A stretch of DNA of 64,000 nucleotides from an uncultured candidate division Zixibacteria bacterium (GCA_963817915.1 CAWFQL010000009.1:192001-256000); one strand, 5' to 3'; positions 38,763 to 49,407 are shown, counted from the first letter of the stretch. A program made the numbers and translations. Notes: generated from the sequence alone by a model not told the origin.

Positions 38763-39236
38763 TTAGAAGAGATCGGCCAATAACGAGGCGATCGATTCTA
38801 ATATTTGCTGGTCTTGCGCGCCGAACGCGTCAGGCTTATGCGAATCTATATCGATCTCGCCATAAATCTTCTTGCCTTTTCTGATCGGAACGACAATTTC
38901 GGATTTCGTTTTCAAGGAACAAGCCAGATATCTCGGATCCTTGTTTACATCCGGTACAATGATTGTTTTTTCTTCCCTCACGGCCGCGCCGCAGATGCCA
39001 CTATCAGTCTTGATCCTCGTATGTGGCGAGGGTTCACCACGGTATGGGCCGAGAATCAAAGAATCATCGTTTTCAAGCAAATATATTCCTACCCAGTTAT
39101 AATATGGGAAGTTGGCCTTTAATAATCCTACTATTCCCTCTAACGCCGAATGTCTATTTGATGCAGTTTTAATAAAGTCATCTGCCAAACGAAGAATCTG
39201 GTCAGCCGATATCTCAGGCGTGTAATTGTCTGTCAT
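38763..39236 (-). CDS. GAF protein, free methionine-(R)-sulfoxide reductase (MsrC/YebR-like)
   Basis: NWVGIY, LGPYRG, GICG, VPDV...YLACSLKTKSEIVVP, DIDS. Confidence 0.8.
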   Translation of the reverse strand: MTDNYTPEISADQILRLADDFIKTASNRHSALEGIVGLLKANFPYYNWVGIYLLENDDSLILGPYRGEPSPHTRIKTDSGICGAAVREEKTIIVPDVNKDPRYLACSLKTKSEIVVPIRKGKKIYGEIDIDSHKPDAFGAQDQQILESIASLLADLF

Positions 39237-40228
39237 AGCTCCACTTTTCTATAATCTTTCTCGCGATCTTCAAATTTTCCATCGGAGTGCCATGTATAAG
39301 AGTGCATCCAGGGCCGATTATCAATCTGCCAAATTCAGCCTCGCCAAGCGATTTTTCTATTTGCGATTCGATCTCGAATTTTGTGCCCAGGTATAAGGTT
39401 CGATTTTGATCCATGCCTGCGATAAATATTTTGTCGGTTATTTGAGCCGCCTGATTGATTGACAAATTCCCATTCTCAAATGGATTCCAACTTATCGCCG
39501 GAACCGGATAATCTACAACTAATGGCAACATATTGTTTTTGCCGCATACATGCAAAATATTAAATTTTCCAGATGCGACGGCGCGCAGAATCTTAAGGTC
39601 ATAATTTCTTCCGAACTCCAGATATTCTTCTTCGGTCAATAAATCGCGGCTGGCCCATTCGGTTGTGGCAAAGAATATCCCGGAAATACCGATATTGAAC
39701 AACTCGTGAACAAAACAGAAAAATGTCTCGGTGATCGCCTCCAGCGCCGAATGTAATTTCTCGGAATCTTCGTGCATAAGCTCTAAGAAGCGCATATCCG
39801 AACCTACCAGGTCCGCCGCTATCGAGAGCGGGGAAAATACTGTTTGTACACAATGAATATCATCCCCGGCTCCGGCCAGAATATCCTTGCATGCCGCCAA
39901 CGTCTCCCCTAATACTCGGCTGTGACAATCCAATACCCTGATTTTTTCCCAATCATTTTTACTTTTTACCGGGAAGCTGATTTTCTTATGCTTCGAGAGT
40001 GGATCATTAGAAAATTCGAGCCTGACACCCCAATCTTCGACATGATATGACGACCTGGGATTAATCTTTATGAAATCCCAATCGAATTCCCTCTGAAATT
40101 CTATCATAGCAGTCCACAAGACCTTCGCGGACACTTTCCCTGTCATAAAAATGACGCCAGGCGGAAATGGCAGGTCGATCGACCTCCATACCATCAAGTA
40201 TCCGATGGATTCTCTCTTTATGTGTCAT
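39214..40228 (-). CDS. uroporphyrinogen decarboxylase-fold protein; N-terminal frameshift
   Basis: N-terminus MTHKERI...DRPAISAWRHF in another frame from ATG 40228; QTVFSPLS, LHVCG, GPGC. Confidence 0.8.
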
Positions 40229-40391
40229 TGCGGATTTCATTATCTGGCACCAACTTTAGCTGAAATATTCACCTGAATTTATAAAGTCTTTGGAGCTAGG
40301 TAAAGTTTCATTTTTCTGCCAAAAAAACGCTGGATATTCGATAGAAATTGGCAGCACAATGATGGTGTTTTGAAATTCGGAATACTTCCTA

Positions 40392-42224
40392 TTATGATTT
40401 GATTTCCTTAATAATCTCAATGCAGGTTTCGAAACGTCCAAATGACGGCATGAGATATATACCGGATACGAGATTGCGAGCTTGTTCGATATATTCCTGT
40501 GCTACTTCCCGCCCTACCAATGCCGATTTCTCGCCTGCCTTTTCCATAGCCTGTCTTATTGGGACTGGTATGTCGATTCCGGGCACTTCAAAATGGAGAT
40601 ATTGCGCATGCTTAAAATTTACCAGCGGCAAAATACCAAGCATAACCGGAATATCAGGCTTCAGAGCGTCCATGAATCTTTTCAAAATGTCAATTTCATA
40701 AAGCGGCTGAGTCATTATATACTGACCGCCAGCATCGATTTTGGCTTGCAGACGTTTGATCTCATTATCAAAATCGGAACTTGCCGGGTTGGCCGCTACG
40801 CCGATAGAAAATGATGTCGGCTTGCCTATAGAATTGCCGGCAGCGTCGACTCCGGAGTTCAATCTCGATATTATTTTCACCAAACCGATCGAATCAACGT
40901 CATAAACCGCCGTGGCCTGAGGATAGTCGCCAACCGATGGCGGGTCGCCGGTTAGTGCCAGGATATTTCTTATCCCAATCGCGTGCGCTCCGATTAAATC
41001 GGCCTGCAAGCCCATCAGATTGCGGTCGCGCGCGGTAAAATGAAGCACAATATCGATATCAACCGAGGACGATATAAGATATGCCAATGCCTGACAGCTC
41101 ATTCTAACACGCGCCATAGGTGAATCGGCGATATTTACGGCGTCAGCACCGGCGGCTTTTAGATCCGAGGCAGCTTGAATCATCTTCGATGGATTACTGC
41201 CCTTTGGAGGATCAATTTCCACCGAAATTACGAAATCATTTTTGAGTTTCTCATAAAATTTGGTCTGCACGCCGCCGGCAATATCCAGCTCTTTGTGTTT
41301 CCTATGGTGCTTGACTACTGATGATGATGAGCTTTGATCGACCGAGGCGCCCTTAACAGCGCTTACTATCGCCGCGATATGCTCCGGTCTTGTACCGCAG
41401 CATCCGCCTATCAATCTAGCTCCAGCCTTGACAAATGATGTAGCACACTGCGCAAAATAATCCGCCGATGTGAGATAGATAAATCGGCCTTCGAAATATT
41501 TCGGCATACCAGCGTTGGGCTGAGCGGAAATATAACGTACGCCTTCTTTCGCCAATTGCTCGACGACTTCAAGCATCTTCTGGGGACCTACCGAACAGTT
41601 GGCGCCGATAACATCGATATCGAGATGACTAAGTCTATCCGCGATTTCCGCGGGAGTGTTTCCATAAAATGTCGTGCCTTCTGTCGTATATGACATTTGA
41701 GCCACGATCGGTAGATCGGAAATCGATTTTATGGCCTCGACAGCAATTGTCATCTCATCGATGCTGGAAATTGTCTCTATTATGAAAAGATCAATTCCGC
41801 CTTCCAGAAGAGCTCCGCCCTGTTCGATAAAAGCGTTACGAGCTTCGCCAATCTTGATCTTCCCAAGAGGCTCCAACGGCTTCCCCAATGGGCCGATTGA
41901 ACCGGCGATGAGAATATCCATGCCCGATACTTCGCGGGCTTCTCTGGCGATCTTGACAGCCTTAATATTGATATCACGAACAAGATTTTCATAGCCATGT
42001 GATGCCAGCCTAAATCTGTTGGCGCCGAATGAATTGGTCTCGATCATCTCCGCGCCGGCATCGATATATTCCCTATGAACTTCGGCAATTATTTCTGGCT
42101 TTGAAATACAAAGCTCGTCGAGGCAATGCTCATATGAGATTCCCTTTTGATTGAGATAGGTGCCCATGGCGCCATCGCAAATCAATATACCCTTGTCCAG
42201 TCTGCTCTTGAGGTTTAATATCAT
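40392..42224 (-). CDS. bifunctional homocysteine S-methyltransferase/methylenetetrahydrofolate reductase (YitJ-like)
   Basis: DGAMGT, GANCSVGP, PNAG, GGCCGT; MTHFR half EIDPPKG, DSPMARVRM, RDRNLMGLQ, TGDPP. Confidence 0.93.
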   Translation of the reverse strand: MILNLKSRLDKGILICDGAMGTYLNQKGISYEHCLDELCISKPEIIAEVHREYIDAGAEMIETNSFGANRFRLASHGYENLVRDINIKAVKIAREAREVSGMDILIAGSIGPLGKPLEPLGKIKIGEARNAFIEQGGALLEGGIDLFIIETISSIDEMTIAVEAIKSISDLPIVAQMSYTTEGTTFYGNTPAEIADRLSHLDIDVIGANCSVGPQKMLEVVEQLAKEGVRYISAQPNAGMPKYFEGRFIYLTSADYFAQCATSFVKAGARLIGGCCGTRPEHIAAIVSAVKGASVDQSSSSSVVKHHRKHKELDIAGGVQTKFYEKLKNDFVISVEIDPPKGSNPSKMIQAASDLKAAGADAVNIADSPMARVRMSCQALAYLISSSVDIDIVLHFTARDRNLMGLQADLIGAHAIGIRNILALTGDPPSVGDYPQATAVYDVDSIGLVKIISRLNSGVDAAGNSIGKPTSFSIGVAANPASSDFDNEIKRLQAKIDAGGQYIMTQPLYEIDILKRFMDALKPDIPVMLGILPLVNFKHAQYLHFEVPGIDIPVPIRQAMEKAGEKSALVGREVAQEYIEQARNLVSGIYLMPSFGRFETCIEIIKEIKS

Positions 42225-42341
42225 TGCGCCAACTTATTATAATAGATAATTTCGGTCAATATAATTCTCCCGGCACTCAGACTCTTCAAATGCGGTAATA
42301 GGCATTCGATAGAATTTGTAAATTAAATTCTATAGGATTAG

Positions 42342-42806
42342 TTAATTTTTGAGGTCCTGAATAACAGCCATCAGGCTTCCCTCGTCGGTAGTTGAATGAG
42401 GGAATGAGAATTCTTTAATTGGCACGCGCCAATCGATTGGGGACTTTATATTGTTGCAGAGGAAATATTTGACCATCTTTTTTAATCTCTTGGCCAGAGA
42501 GTTGGCGCCTTCTTTTGGGGTCTCAATTAAAAGGATAGCTATCTTACCCCTGATTGAACTGCTGATTATGTCTGTCTCACGGATTGATTTCCTCACTAAT
42601 CCGCAAAGCGAAAGATAAAATTCGCCCAAATCTCTATAATTTTCAATTTCGCCGCGATTATTTAGGTGGGACAGATCCAATATCAAAAGCGATACAAATG
42701 ACGGATATCGTTTAACGCGCTTGATCTCTTCTAAGGCTCTGAATTTGAATAGCTCAAGATCATTATAGCTCTTGCCTATTTTGGTAATTCGTTCATTTGC
42801 TAACAT
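42342..42806 (-). CDS. degenerate GGDEF-fold protein
   Basis: EIKRVKRY..VSLLILDL, IRETDII, AILLIETPKEGA..LAKRL; no GG(D/E)EF motif. Confidence 0.7.
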   Translation of the reverse strand: MLANERITKIGKSYNDLELFKFRALEEIKRVKRYPSFVSLLILDLSHLNNRGEIENYRDLGEFYLSLCGLVRKSIRETDIISSSIRGKIAILLIETPKEGANSLAKRLKKMVKYFLCNNIKSPIDWRVPIKEFSFPHSTTDEGSLMAVIQDLKN

Positions 42807-42877
42807 ATTTTGTTTCTCCGACGACTTCCGCTCACCCGGAAAGGGGTAGAGATATTACTATAACCTATCGACATTAA

Positions 42878-42893
42878 AGCAAATTAGATGCCG
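42878..42893 (-). promoter_or_regulatory. putative sigma-54 (-24/-12) promoter
   Basis: cGGCATctaatTTGCt = GG-N10-GC, ~70 nt upstream of 42806 and just downstream of a sigma-54 activator gene. Confidence 0.6.
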
Positions 42894-43064
42894 TAAATTG
42901 TGGAAAGATTTGAAGTTGGCGCAATCTTTTGAATCAGGGACTTAGCTCTTTACGATACTCGGGTTTAGCGGTTTTAATTGCGAAAACTAATGAATCTTAT
43001 TCTTAGGATTAAATCAGGCGGATATTTCGCATTTTGCAAAACATTTCATATATAATGCAGGAAA

Positions 43065-44456
43065 TCAATCTATGATCTTGTAGTCCTTGATTTTATAAAG
43101 CAAAGAACGATAGCTGATTTCCAGGAGTTTGGCGGCTTTGCGGCGATTCCAGTTGGTTTTATGGAGCACCTTGGTAATCATTAGTTTCTCTATTTCACTG
43201 ACTGCGGCTTCGACCTTTTTCTTCAATGAGTATTCATCATCGTCCATATCGACAAGAGGTGACTTCTTGCCGGAACCGGGTATCGGGCCTTTTAGCATTT
43301 CATAAATTATATTTTCATCTGACCTGACGACGATTTGCTTGATAAGATTCTCAAGCTGTCTGACATTGCCGGGCCAATCAAATCCCTGGAGTTGTTTCAT
43401 CGTTTCTTGTTTTAATTCCTTGCGGGGCTTTCCATAAAGTATTGAATGCTTTTCCATGAAATGATCTACGAGCAGAGGAATATCGCTTCGTCTATTCCGT
43501 AATGACGGCAAATTCACGGTAATTTCATTTAGCCGATAAAATAAATCGTCTCTCATGGCTTTCTGAGCTATTGCCTCTTCGAGATTTTTATTGGTGGCAC
43601 AGACAATTCTGACATCGACATGGATATTATTGATTCCGCCTACCCTTACAAATTCCTGCTGTTCCAAAACCTGAAGCAGTTTCGATTGAAGCTCCATCGG
43701 CATATCGCCGATTTCGTCGAGGAACATGGTACCCTTGTTTCCGACCTCGAATCTCCCCGGTTTTGTCTTATGGGCGCCGGTAAACGCGCCTTTCTCATAT
43801 CCAAATAGTTCCGCTTCAAGAAGATCGCGAGGAATCGCAGCGCAGTTTACTTTTACAAATGGTTCTTTTTTCCTTGCAGATCTTGTATGAATCAACCTGG
43901 CTACGATTTCCTTACCGGTTCCCGATTCACCTCTGATTAGAACGGTCAATTCCGAATTGGCGACTTCTTCAATAATATTTTTGACTTCGACCATGGAAGA
44001 TGAATCGCCAATTAATACTTCTCTTTGGCTTTCCTTAAGTTTTTCCTGGAGGTCCGAAAGCTCTTCCTTCAGTTTCCGTTTCTCCATTACCGAACGGATA
44101 TGAATTTCGACTTCTTTGACATCGAAAGGCTTATTGATAAATTCTGCCGCGCCCTTGCGGACAGAATCTACTATATTCTTGGTATCTCCATGACCGGACA
44201 GCATTATTATATCTAAAGTTTCGTCGATGCTTTTTAGTTTTTCGAGCACCTCGATGCCGTTCATGCCGGGCATCTGAATATCCAGAAGAATAAGCTCGGG
44301 CCGTTTGGATGCGGGAGTGGACGAAATTTTATTAATACCCTCTTTGCCATCTCTGGCAGATTCGATTATATAGCCGTTCCCGAGTCCCTCTGAAAGAATC
44401 CAGGAGACTTTGGGGTCATCATCGATAATGAGAATGTTTATGCTTTTTTCAGTCAT
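43065..44456 (-). CDS. sigma-54-dependent response regulator (NtrC/AtoC family)
   Basis: [34 protein letters not shown]-terminal HTH; ATG at 44456. Confidence 0.95.
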   Translation of the reverse strand: MTEKSINILIIDDDPKVSWILSEGLGNGYIIESARDGKEGINKISSTPASKRPELILLDIQMPGMNGIEVLEKLKSIDETLDIIMLSGHGDTKNIVDSVRKGAAEFINKPFDVKEVEIHIRSVMEKRKLKEELSDLQEKLKESQREVLIGDSSSMVEVKNIIEEVANSELTVLIRGESGTGKEIVARLIHTRSARKKEPFVKVNCAAIPRDLLEAELFGYEKGAFTGAHKTKPGRFEVGNKGTMFLDEIGDMPMELQSKLLQVLEQQEFVRVGGINNIHVDVRIVCATNKNLEEAIAQKAMRDDLFYRLNEITVNLPSLRNRRSDIPLLVDHFMEKHSILYGKPRKELKQETMKQLQGFDWPGNVRQLENLIKQIVVRSDENIIYEMLKGPIPGSGKKSPLVDMDDDEYSLKKKVEAAVSEIEKLMITKVLHKTNWNRRKAAKLLEISYRSLLYKIKDYKIID

Positions 44457-44463
44457 AATTTTT

Positions 44464-46560
44464 TCATAATGGTAATTCAATGATAAAAACCGTTCCTTTG
44501 CCGACTTCACTCTGCACGCCAATTTTACCTTCATGCACCGAAATAATTCTTTCCACGATTGATAATCCTAAACCTGTTCCCGTGCTTTTAGTTGTGTAAT
44601 ATCTCGCAAATATTCTGCTAAGATCTTCTTCCGGTATTCCGCAGCCGGTATCGCTGATCTCTATTTTCAGCTTATTACCATCGGAACCTAATGCTCTGAA
44701 TGCCTTAAGCCTCAGGGTTCCATTGCTATCCATGCTATCGACAGCGTTAAGAATAATATTAATGAAAACCTGCAACATTTCTCTATCATTGAGCATGATT
44801 TCCGGGAGCGCCTCTTCGAATTCCCTGATCACATTTATATCTTTATGTTTCAAATCTGAACTAAGCAATTCCAGTGTTCGTTCTATGAGCCTGGTAACGT
44901 CGGTCTTTTTGGTCTGGTACATATTGGGATTGGCGAATTCGACCATCTCCTTCACCAATTCCGCCATTCTGCCGACCTCCTTTTCGGCCTCGCCAAAAAA
45001 TTCGACAGCCTTTTTGCCGGGGAATTTATCTTTATAAATCTGAAACATACCCTTTAGATTGGTCAGTGGCTTTTTCAAATCATGGCCGATTTCCGCCAGC
45101 AGTTTGCCCATGGTCAATAACCTGGTGGAATTTAAGACGGCTTTTTGTCTTTGATAAATCGCGGCTATCTGACTCAATGCCAATTGTGCCATTTCACGCA
45201 TCGAGGAATTAAATTTGGCGTCATCGCGGAATATAAGCACGGCGACATTTGTCAATGATCTCCTTAAATAGATTGGAATGGGAATTACCTGGAATTTTCC
45301 CCTATCCAGATATTCTAATGAATCGAATTGATTGGCAATTTTACATTCAATACTGGCCCCCATATTCCTGTTTTCGATGGCGGCCTCTTCTTCCGGCAAC
45401 GATATCACCCTTATAAAATCGGGCACTGTCGGTAAACTGAAAATCGATGAATAGAAATCGAGATTGAGCGAGACGCTGCGTTCATGATAATCATACCAGA
45501 AAAGACATTCTATTCCCAAAAGTCTTTGAAGCCCATCGAAAGTCACATCGCCAATAGTTGAAAGATCATCCATCATGGAGACCTTCTCGGCCAGATTATG
45601 CAAAATTTCGAGATGCTGAATTGTCTCAGTCTTATTGGCGATAAGATTGGCCCTATCGATGGCAACCGCGGCAGGGATCGCCAATGACGCCAGCATCATT
45701 ATATCGTCCTGAGTGAATGGCTTGCCATTTTGCTTATTATTAAGATTGATAACGCCGTAAAGCTCATCTTTGTATATCAGCGGAACGGAGATCAGCGATT
45801 TTGATTCATATTTTTGTCTATTAATACGGGCAAATCGCGGATCCTGCTCTATATCTTCTATTATCAATGGCCGCCCGCTTTGAGCAACATAACCCGAAAT
45901 TGACGAGCCTAATTTTTGTCGGGCATTTTGGACTACGACATCATCGAGGCCGCATGAGGCGGCAACAAAGAGCTCTTCTTTTTCAGGATCGAGTATCATT
46001 ACGGAGCCAAGCTTGGCACCGATAACATCGATTGCTAATGATAATATAGACGTTAATGCTTCTTTGAGATCAGTAGTAGTGGCCAAAAGATTGCCAGCCG
46101 ATGACAGGGCATCGATCTGAGCCAATTTCAGTTCCAATGACTCATTAGCGACTTTCAGTTCATTCAAAAGTTTTAGACGCTCAATCTCGACCTTGCGCTT
46201 CATTATGCTTTGCGAAACCACAAGTTTCAGTTCGTCGAGTTCGAGCGGCTTGGTTAGATATCCGAATGCACCCTGCTCTATCGCGTGCTTGGCACTTTCC
46301 AGCGAGGCATAACCTGTAATTAAGATCACTCCCATCAGGGGATCTTTTTCGTGGGCCTTTTTCAGGACGGCGATGCCGTCATATTGAGGCATTTTGATAT
46401 CGGTGATTATCAGATCGAAGTCGGATTTTTCTATCAGCTCGATTGCTTTGGCGGCATCATATTCGCCAGTGACATCGTATCCTTCCAGCGATAGCAATGT
46501 CTTTAGGCTATCGACCATCCTGGCTTCGTTATCTATAACCAGTATTTTATTATCGCTCAT
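44464..46560 (-). CDS. hybrid sensor kinase REC-GAF-HisKA-HATPase
   Basis: REC (TDIKMP), GAF, IGHDLKKPL, NIILNA, DTGCGI, GTGLGL; ATG at 46560. Confidence 0.92.
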   Translation of the reverse strand: MSDNKILVIDNEARMVDSLKTLLSLEGYDVTGEYDAAKAIELIEKSDFDLIITDIKMPQYDGIAVLKKAHEKDPLMGVILITGYASLESAKHAIEQGAFGYLTKPLELDELKLVVSQSIMKRKVEIERLKLLNELKVANESLELKLAQIDALSSAGNLLATTTDLKEALTSILSLAIDVIGAKLGSVMILDPEKEELFVAASCGLDDVVVQNARQKLGSSISGYVAQSGRPLIIEDIEQDPRFARINRQKYESKSLISVPLIYKDELYGVINLNNKQNGKPFTQDDIMMLASLAIPAAVAIDRANLIANKTETIQHLEILHNLAEKVSMMDDLSTIGDVTFDGLQRLLGIECLFWYDYHERSVSLNLDFYSSIFSLPTVPDFIRVISLPEEEAAIENRNMGASIECKIANQFDSLEYLDRGKFQVIPIPIYLRRSLTNVAVLIFRDDAKFNSSMREMAQLALSQIAAIYQRQKAVLNSTRLLTMGKLLAEIGHDLKKPLTNLKGMFQIYKDKFPGKKAVEFFGEAEKEVGRMAELVKEMVEFANPNMYQTKKTDVTRLIERTLELLSSDLKHKDINVIREFEEALPEIMLNDREMLQVFINIILNAVDSMDSNGTLRLKAFRALGSDGNKLKIEISDTGCGIPEEDLSRIFARYYTTKSTGTGLGLSIVERIISVHEGKIGVQSEVGKGTVFIIELPL

Positions 46561-47899
46561 TTTCAACTCTAATCGGCAATTTAATTGTAAATATCGCGCC
46601 ACCGTCAGGGTTATTGCCGGCGGTTATAAATCCATGATGCGATCTTATTATACCATAGCATACGGCAAGACCCAATCCGGTACCTGAATCTTTTTTGGTC
46701 GTATAAAATGGCTCGAATATATTCGGTAAATCATTTTCGGAAATACCGCTACCGCTATCAGCGAATGCAATTTCCGCAAATCCGTCGTTCGCGCGAAGCG
46801 AGATGATTAACTTTCCTCCCTTGGGCATGGCATCACGGGCATTAAGAAGCAGATTTAGAAAAACCTGACGTAATCGTTCGGAAGAGCCGGTAATCGACAT
46901 CGGATTTCGTTCATATTCTTTATTTATTTCTATTCCCGAATTATTCAATTTCCCTGAAACAAGCTCAATAGTAGCGTCAAGAGTCTCCAGAATATCTAAT
47001 GAAACCGGGCTCTCCAGGACCGGCCTGTAAAAATCAAGCAGCTGCCTTACAATTCTCGCTATCCTGTCCACTTCCTCTTGAACTATAACTAAATTATTGG
47101 ATATCTGCTCATTTCCATCAACATAATTAGCGAGTATGGCAAGGTAATTTTTAATAATCCCCAACGGATTATTGACCTCGTGAGCAATTGATGCCGAGAG
47201 TCTTCCCAACGCCGCCAACCGTTCCGATTCAATCAGCCTTTTCTGAGCCATCTGCAACTCGATCAAGGCTCTTTTTTCGCTTTCATAAAGGTCAGCATTG
47301 ATAATCGCGACGCTTAATTGATTAACCAAAATAGACACAAACTCAAGATCGTTTTCATGATATGATACTCCGGATAGCCTCTTTGGCAGAATCAAAATGC
47401 CCAATAAGTTGCCCTTCACTATCAACGGTACTATTAATTCTGCCTCTGCCTTTTGCAATTTTGATAAATCTTCGGAATCATTGGGAAGGTTCTTATGAAT
47501 CTCCTCAAAAAACATTGGCTTGGCTTTTCGCTGAATATACCTTACAAGGGGCCCCACCCTGGAAAATTCTATCGAAGAATCATGATCCAGCGACATCCCT
47601 TTTACATGACAATGGCTTAATTTATTGGCGTGGGTCGGGTCTTGCACTACGATTACGGCCCCTGATACACCCATCTGGCCGATACAGGTATAAAGTATAG
47701 CATCCAAGAGCGAATCTACACTCAGCATCGAATTGAGATGGCGGGATATCTCAAAGATCGTATAAAGATCGAATATCTTGCGACGCAGTTCCTTATTATC
47801 GTCGGTCAACGATCCAATATGAAAAGTACTCGGAAACAGATCCGAGTCTCGCCTGCCAACAGATAATTCCGTATTATCTTTTTTCGGAAATTCTTCCAT
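46550..47899 (-). CDS. GAF sensor histidine kinase
   Basis: GAF, IAHEVNNPL, NLLLNARDA, DSGSGI, EPFYTTK, GTGLGL. Confidence 0.92.
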   Translation of the reverse strand: MEEFPKKDNTELSVGRRDSDLFPSTFHIGSLTDDNKELRRKIFDLYTIFEISRHLNSMLSVDSLLDAILYTCIGQMGVSGAVIVVQDPTHANKLSHCHVKGMSLDHDSSIEFSRVGPLVRYIQRKAKPMFFEEIHKNLPNDSEDLSKLQKAEAELIVPLIVKGNLLGILILPKRLSGVSYHENDLEFVSILVNQLSVAIINADLYESEKRALIELQMAQKRLIESERLAALGRLSASIAHEVNNPLGIIKNYLAILANYVDGNEQISNNLVIVQEEVDRIARIVRQLLDFYRPVLESPVSLDILETLDATIELVSGKLNNSGIEINKEYERNPMSITGSSERLRQVFLNLLLNARDAMPKGGKLIISLRANDGFAEIAFADSGSGISENDLPNIFEPFYTTKKDSGTGLGLAVCYGIIRSHHGFITAGNNPDGGAIFTIKLPIRVENER

Positions 47900-48228
47900 C
47901 TTTATTCTAATCGGCAATTTAGCGCCAGAGATTCATTGAGGCGCTTCTACTGCTATTGAATTGTGCGATCTCCAGTTGAAATGTGGACTCCGGGACGGCT
48001 GCAATTTTCATTTGAATGCCACGCCAATAATTCAATATTCACTCAAACTTCTCCACTGCAATCTTTTTCACTAAAAAATAAGATAAGTCGGGGTCATTTA
48101 TTGTCAATCTATTTTTAGATTGAAAATCGCGGATCAATTTGCTATTCAATGGTCTGAGGAATCCGGCAATATTTCGCCGGATCGGTATTAAGCCAAGAAT
48201 AAGGAACAAAGCCGCGTAAAATATACGG

Positions 48229-49329
48229 GTGATTGATACGGACAACATAGTTCAAAAATTGACAGATGCTTTAGCCGGAATGGCGGAAATCACCGCTATT
48301 TATACTTCGAAGCGTGAAATTCTGTTTAAGGCAAATCCTTTGATTGACCTGACAGCGTTTAAGCCTACGCTGCAATCGCACCTGGCCCTTTGCGGATATA
48401 AACCCGAGATTTTGGCAATTCAGCCATTGCTGGTGGTTCGGTTGAGGTCACTCGAAATAGAACGATCAAAAAATATCCCATGGCTGAATATGATTCTATT
48501 TCTGATCACGGTTATCACCACAATTTTGACAGGGGCTAGCTATAATGGAATCGAGATGAGTACCATACCAAGCTTAATTATTGATAATCCCCTGCAAGTA
48601 TTTTACAGGGGACTTCCCTTTTCAATTTCGCTCCTCAGCATCTTGCTATGTCACGAATTCGGACATTATACGGCATCGAGGATTCATGGAGTTAATGTCT
48701 CACTTCCATATTTTATTCCGGCGTTCTGGTTTTCGCCTATTGGGACATTCGGGGCATTTATAAAATCAAAATCAGCTTTCATCAACAAGCGGCAATTACT
48801 CGATATCGGGGCTGCGGGGCCGCTTTCCGGCTTAGTTATCGCCATAATCGTATATTCGATAGGGATAGCAAGTTCGTCGATATTACCTGCTCCAAAGGAT
48901 ATTTCCGGAGTTATGACGATGGGAGATTCGCTGCTTAATGCGTCGATTACTTATATTATCAAAGGTCCTGTTCCAGAAGGTCAGGCTATATTCTTTAACT
49001 CTGTGGCATTCGCGGGTTGGGTTGGAATACTGGTGACCATGCTGAATCTTTTGCCGATAGGTCAGCTCGATGGGGGACATATTATCTACGCGCTTTTTGG
49101 CAAAAAACAAAAATTCCTCGCCAATGCTGTTTTTATAATACTCATAGCCTTGTCATTTGTATGGATGGGCTGGGCTTTCTGGCTGATTATCGCCATATTT
49201 ATGAAGCCCGCCCACCCGCCAACTGTGATGGATGAATTACCATTGGGGCCAGGAAGAAAATTTGTAGGCTATCTAAGTATCGCAGTGTTTATTATTTGCT
49301 TCATCCCAGTGCCATTTGCCTTAGCATAG
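48229..49329 (+). CDS. site-2 protease (M50) family
   Basis: HEFGH, IGAAGPLSG, NLLPIGQLDGGH; multiple TMs. Confidence 0.93.
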   Translation: MIDTDNIVQKLTDALAGMAEITAIYTSKREILFKANPLIDLTAFKPTLQSHLALCGYKPEILAIQPLLVVRLRSLEIERSKNIPWLNMILFLITVITTILTGASYNGIEMSTIPSLIIDNPLQVFYRGLPFSISLLSILLCHEFGHYTASRIHGVNVSLPYFIPAFWFSPIGTFGAFIKSKSAFINKRQLLDIGAAGPLSGLVIAIIVYSIGIASSSILPAPKDISGVMTMGDSLLNASITYIIKGPVPEGQAIFFNSVAFAGWVGILVTMLNLLPIGQLDGGHIIYALFGKKQKFLANAVFIILIALSFVWMGWAFWLIIAIFMKPAHPPTVMDELPLGPGRKFVGYLSIAVFIICFIPVPFALA

Positions 49330-49354
49330 TAAGATTTTAGATTTTTATATAGAG

Positions 49355-49387
49355 TTAAGGCGAGGATAAGCATCCTCGCCTTAAAAA
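49355..49387. terminator. hairpin terminator between convergent genes
   Basis: ttaaggcgaggat-aagc-atcctcgccttaa plus A run. Confidence 0.75.
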
Positions 49388-49407
49388 TATCAATTTTTTA
49401 CTAATTA

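Noticed and set aside
47906..47927. Sigma-54 promoter TGGCGC-TAAA-TTGC before the GAF kinase
   Set aside because: GG-GC spacing is 9, not 10; it would be valid only if a base was lost in the A run.
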